Below, piece after piece: positions 61,181-64,000 of a DNA stretch of 64,000 bases; the first letter of the stretch is position 1; the number at the start of each line of letters is the position of its first letter. The stretch comes from Alphaproteobacteria bacterium. GTDB lineage: Bacteria > Pseudomonadota > Alphaproteobacteria > Bin95. Under the pieces are notes generated by a model that saw only the letters and a program-made list of their open reading frames with translations, did not search any database and was not told where the DNA came from. Both the position numbers and the translations under genes were made by a program. Location: positions 4,992,001 through 5,056,000 of the forward strand of contig CBDBGH010000003.1 in assembly GCA_965205265.1 (NCBI GenBank). Direction: 5' to 3'.

Positions 61181-61210
61181 CGGCCCGGGAGAATGCGGGC
61201 TCCCGGGCCG
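61181..61210 (+). terminator. Hairpin closing the mini-array transcript
   Basis: 11-bp stem CGGCCCGGGAG / CTCCCGGGCCG with a weak T-tract after it. Confidence 0.55.
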
Positions 61211-61411
61211 CGGTTGTTCTGTGTGATAGCCGCTCCGGATTTCGTGGGGAACCCGGTCCCGATATTGTGGAATAGCCGTTTCAGAAACTGCAGTGCCTTG
61301 TGTTTCAGCTGACACCGGAATTCGCATGGCGGATTTCCGGGCCGGAGTCGACGCCAATTCCCGCTCGGTAGTGGAGACGAGGGTCGTCCCGTGTTATGAG
61401 AAGATGTGCCC

Positions 61412-61534
61412 GTGACCTTCCACACCGATGTGCTCCGCGAGCCGCGGAAGCGGCTGTGGGAGATGCTGGGCGGCACGCCGCCGGGCTTCGTCCTTTACGG
61501 AGGCACGGCCCCGGCATTGAGGCGGCTGGGGTAA
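61412..61534 (+). pseudogene. N-terminal remnant of an AbiEii-type toxin
   Basis: VTFHTDVLREPRKRLWEMLGGTPPGFVLYGGTAPALRRLG* contains the FVLYGGTA signature. Confidence 0.7.
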
Positions 61535-61539
61535 TCAGG

Positions 61540-62565
61540 ATGCGCGACAAACCGATTGGCGCGATCTGGCGGCCGGTGCGGGATCTGGCTCCTGAGCATC
61601 GCGGCTTTTCGCATGAGCCCGCCCGGCAGGCGGCTCGCCGCTGGCAGGAGAGCAGGAAGAAGCTCGAGGACCCGGAGATCGACCGGTCCTCCATGGATGT
61701 GTGGCTCCGGTCGCAGAGACGGGCCTTTGCCATCGAGACCGGCCAGATCGAGGGCCTTTATCTGTTGCGCCGGGGCGTGACCGAGACCCTGATAGCCGAA
61801 GGCTTCGACAACGTCCGGGGGGCCCATTCGGCAGGCGACATTGACGATGACACCATCAAGGGGCTGCTACAGGATCAGGAGACAGCCCTTGAGATGATGT
61901 TCGCGCATGTCAGGGAAGAGCGCCCGCTGACGACGTCGGCGATCAAGGAGTGGCACGCGCTCCTGACGCGGCACCAGGACACGGCAACGGGCATCGACCC
62001 GTTCGGGAAGAAAATCGAGATACCGCTGCGCCGGGGCCAGTGGAAAATACGGTCGAACAATCCCCGCCGGCATGACGGGATCATCCACGAATACTGTCCG
62101 CCGGAGCAGGTGGAAACGGAGATGGAGCGTTTCCTGAAATTCCACGAGGAACACGCTGGCCTGAACCTTGCGCCGGAGACGGAAGCTGCCTGGCTACACC
62201 ACGAATTCGTGCGCATCCACCCGTTTCAGGACGGCAATGGCCGTATATCGCGGCTGCTGATGGCTTACGCCTATGCCAGGGCAGGTGAGTTCCCGCCCGT
62301 CATTCCGGCGGAAAGGAAGGATGACTATATCGATGCCCTCGATGCCGCGGATGAAGGAAACTTCCCGGCGCTGGTCGAGTATCTGGGCGATCTGGCGGCA
62401 GGCCGCTCAAGGGCGGCGGCGCTTCGGGCAGAAGGCATCGTGGCCGGGCGTACGCAGTACCGTCACGGCAATGGCGGCATCACCTCGAAGGGCACTTACC
62501 GTTCACTTGAGGCCCTGGGCAGTGACTGGGAACCGCCGTCGCCGTCGCCGTTCGACGATGATTGA
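61540..62565 (+). CDS. Fic-family protein
   Basis: AIETGQIEG, HPFQDGNGRISR. Confidence 0.9.
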   Translation: MRDKPIGAIWRPVRDLAPEHRGFSHEPARQAARRWQESRKKLEDPEIDRSSMDVWLRSQRRAFAIETGQIEGLYLLRRGVTETLIAEGFDNVRGAHSAGDIDDDTIKGLLQDQETALEMMFAHVREERPLTTSAIKEWHALLTRHQDTATGIDPFGKKIEIPLRRGQWKIRSNNPRRHDGIIHEYCPPEQVETEMERFLKFHEEHAGLNLAPETEAAWLHHEFVRIHPFQDGNGRISRLLMAYAYARAGEFPPVIPAERKDDYIDALDAADEGNFPALVEYLGDLAAGRSRAAALRAEGIVAGRTQYRHGNGGITSKGTYRSLEALGSDWEPPSPSPFDDD

Positions 62566-62989
62566 GGGGGCAGGTGAGATTCCGGACGAGATCCTGCTTG
62601 GGGTGGCGCGGCGGGTGGTCTGGTTCCAGCCGCCGCAGGAGACGCTGCAGGACGAAGTCCAATTCCTGAGCCATGTCATGATCTACGGCCTGCCGGAGGA
62701 TGTGGTCGCGGTCCGCGATGCCTATGGCGACGAGGCATTCCGCAACACCTTGCGCAACGCCTGGCCCGGCATTTTCGACCCGCGCTCCTGGTTCTACTGG
62801 CACACGGTGCTCGACATGCTGCCCGTGCCCCCGCTTCCCGTCCGCCGCTTCCCTGTGGCGCCGGGGGAGCCGCCCCTGGAGGTGCATCCTTCCCTGCAGG
62901 GGCATGGCGGGCCGCCCAGAGGGCGCAGATATTCGACCAGCGCCGGCATGGTGCCTCGCCCTCCCCCGGGAGGAAGTGCGGCAGTCTAG
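62558..62989 (+). CDS. Small protein typically paired with AbiEii toxins (putative antitoxin)
   Basis: RRVVWFQPP...FLSHVMIYG...PGIFDPRSWFYWH...PPLPVR. Confidence 0.6.
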   Translation: MIEGAGEIPDEILLGVARRVVWFQPPQETLQDEVQFLSHVMIYGLPEDVVAVRDAYGDEAFRNTLRNAWPGIFDPRSWFYWHTVLDMLPVPPLPVRRFPVAPGEPPLEVHPSLQGHGGPPRGRRYSTSAGMVPRPPPGGSAAV

Positions 62990-63864
62990 AGGAAGCTCGG
63001 CTGGGGTTGGCGTTCGGCGGCAAGCGGATTGAGCCACAGCACCTCGGTGCGTTCCAGGGCGCCGTCGGCGAGGCTGGCGCGCTCGACTTTCGTCCAGCCA
63101 CGCAGCTGCCGGTCGTAGAGCCGGGACGGGTAGGCCGAGAGAATGACCATGCCGTGCAGGCGCTTCAATGCGTTCAGGAGCGCGCGATGGTCGTCGGTAC
63201 TCATCTCGTGCGGGTAGGAATGGTAGCGTTCGCCCTTCTTTTTCTTCGTTGACCGGGTTCCGGGAAGGTAGGGCGGATCGCAGTAGAAAAGGGTTTCCTC
63301 CCCGTCGTGCATGGTCATGACCCTGATCGCGTCCCGTTTCTCGATCACGACCCCGCGAAGCCGTTCGGTGAAAGCGGGAAGGGCATCGGGATAATTCATC
63401 CAGTCGCGCGAGGCGGTCGTGCCGGACTGGTTCACGCGGGCGCGGAAACCCGTCCTGACGGCCCGGTTGTGCCCGTCGGACCCGAATCCCATGAGTGAGC
63501 GCACGACAAGGCGGCGGGCGGTCTCGTAGGGCTCGTCCGTCGGCTCGTAGGCCTCCTCGAACTCGGTGCGCGAGAAAGGCGTAAGCTCAAGAAGATTCCG
63601 AAACCGGGCGGCCTGAACAGGGTCCCGCAATATCCTGAAAAGCGCGACCGCCTCGTCGTCGAGATCGTTGTATATCTCCACGGGCGCGCGCGCCTTCCTG
63701 AGGAGGACGGATGCAGCGCCGCCGAAGCTCTCGACATAGCGCTTGTGCTCCGGGAAATGGGACACGATCCACGGCGCCAACAGCCACTTGCCGCCATGCC
63801 AGCGCAAGACCGGTCGCTTGGGAGGACAGGGAGGCGGCGCGGTAAGGAGATGGCCGTCATACAT
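62986..63864 (-). CDS. Dam-like DNA adenine methyltransferase (orphan)
   Basis: WHGGKW, YVESFGGAAS, YCDPPY. Confidence 0.92.
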   Translation of the reverse strand: MYDGHLLTAPPPCPPKRPVLRWHGGKWLLAPWIVSHFPEHKRYVESFGGAASVLLRKARAPVEIYNDLDDEAVALFRILRDPVQAARFRNLLELTPFSRTEFEEAYEPTDEPYETARRLVVRSLMGFGSDGHNRAVRTGFRARVNQSGTTASRDWMNYPDALPAFTERLRGVVIEKRDAIRVMTMHDGEETLFYCDPPYLPGTRSTKKKKGERYHSYPHEMSTDDHRALLNALKRLHGMVILSAYPSRLYDRQLRGWTKVERASLADGALERTEVLWLNPLAAERQPQPSFL

Positions 63865-64000
63865 CTTCGGGGAAACCGTCTCTCCGCGGTGCCGGTGGCT
63901 ATCCGGGCCCGGGCGCATCGTCGAGGGCGGGCCCGGAGCCATTGTCCGGAAGGCGGACCGGACGGTCGGCCGCCCGGAATTGCACCGTCTGCCGGACGTC

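Noticed and set aside
53981-61210. CRISPR-associated transposon (dead Cas3 plus transposase)
   Set aside because: No tnsABC or tniQ nearby. The IS elements are distant and have their own ends and TSDs.
61230-61270. Possible third CRISPR repeat (...CCCGATATTGTGG)
   Set aside because: No matching hairpin, poor handle, wrong spacing, and it lies beyond the terminator-like hairpin.

Overview
GC-rich accessory DNA, probably from an alphaproteobacterial megaplasmid or ICE. It has no core chromosomal genes apart from a stand-alone clpS and dgkA. Contents: (i) a large paralog expansion of DUF6878-like proteins with a DUF6915-like gene, several ankyrin-repeat and pentapeptide-repeat genes and other small hypothetical genes; (ii) five IS elements, including two IS-in-IS nests that each disrupt a paralog; (iii) a RecQ-UvrD fusion helicase, a Uma2 nuclease, two Fic proteins, an adenine methylase and several orphan antitoxins; (iv) a type I-G CRISPR effector operon with no cas1/cas2 and no true array in the window. 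Three unexplained signals stand out. The I-G Cas3 is full length but has lost every helicase motif, and a divergent one-spacer mini-array matches the -10 box of the cas promoter next to a TTC PAM. About 30 unrelated cargo proteins share an acidic Pro/Gly C-terminal tail. Twelve cargo transcription units share a non-canonical TTTTCA-N11-(-10) promoter. Family names come from motif recognition, not database searches.
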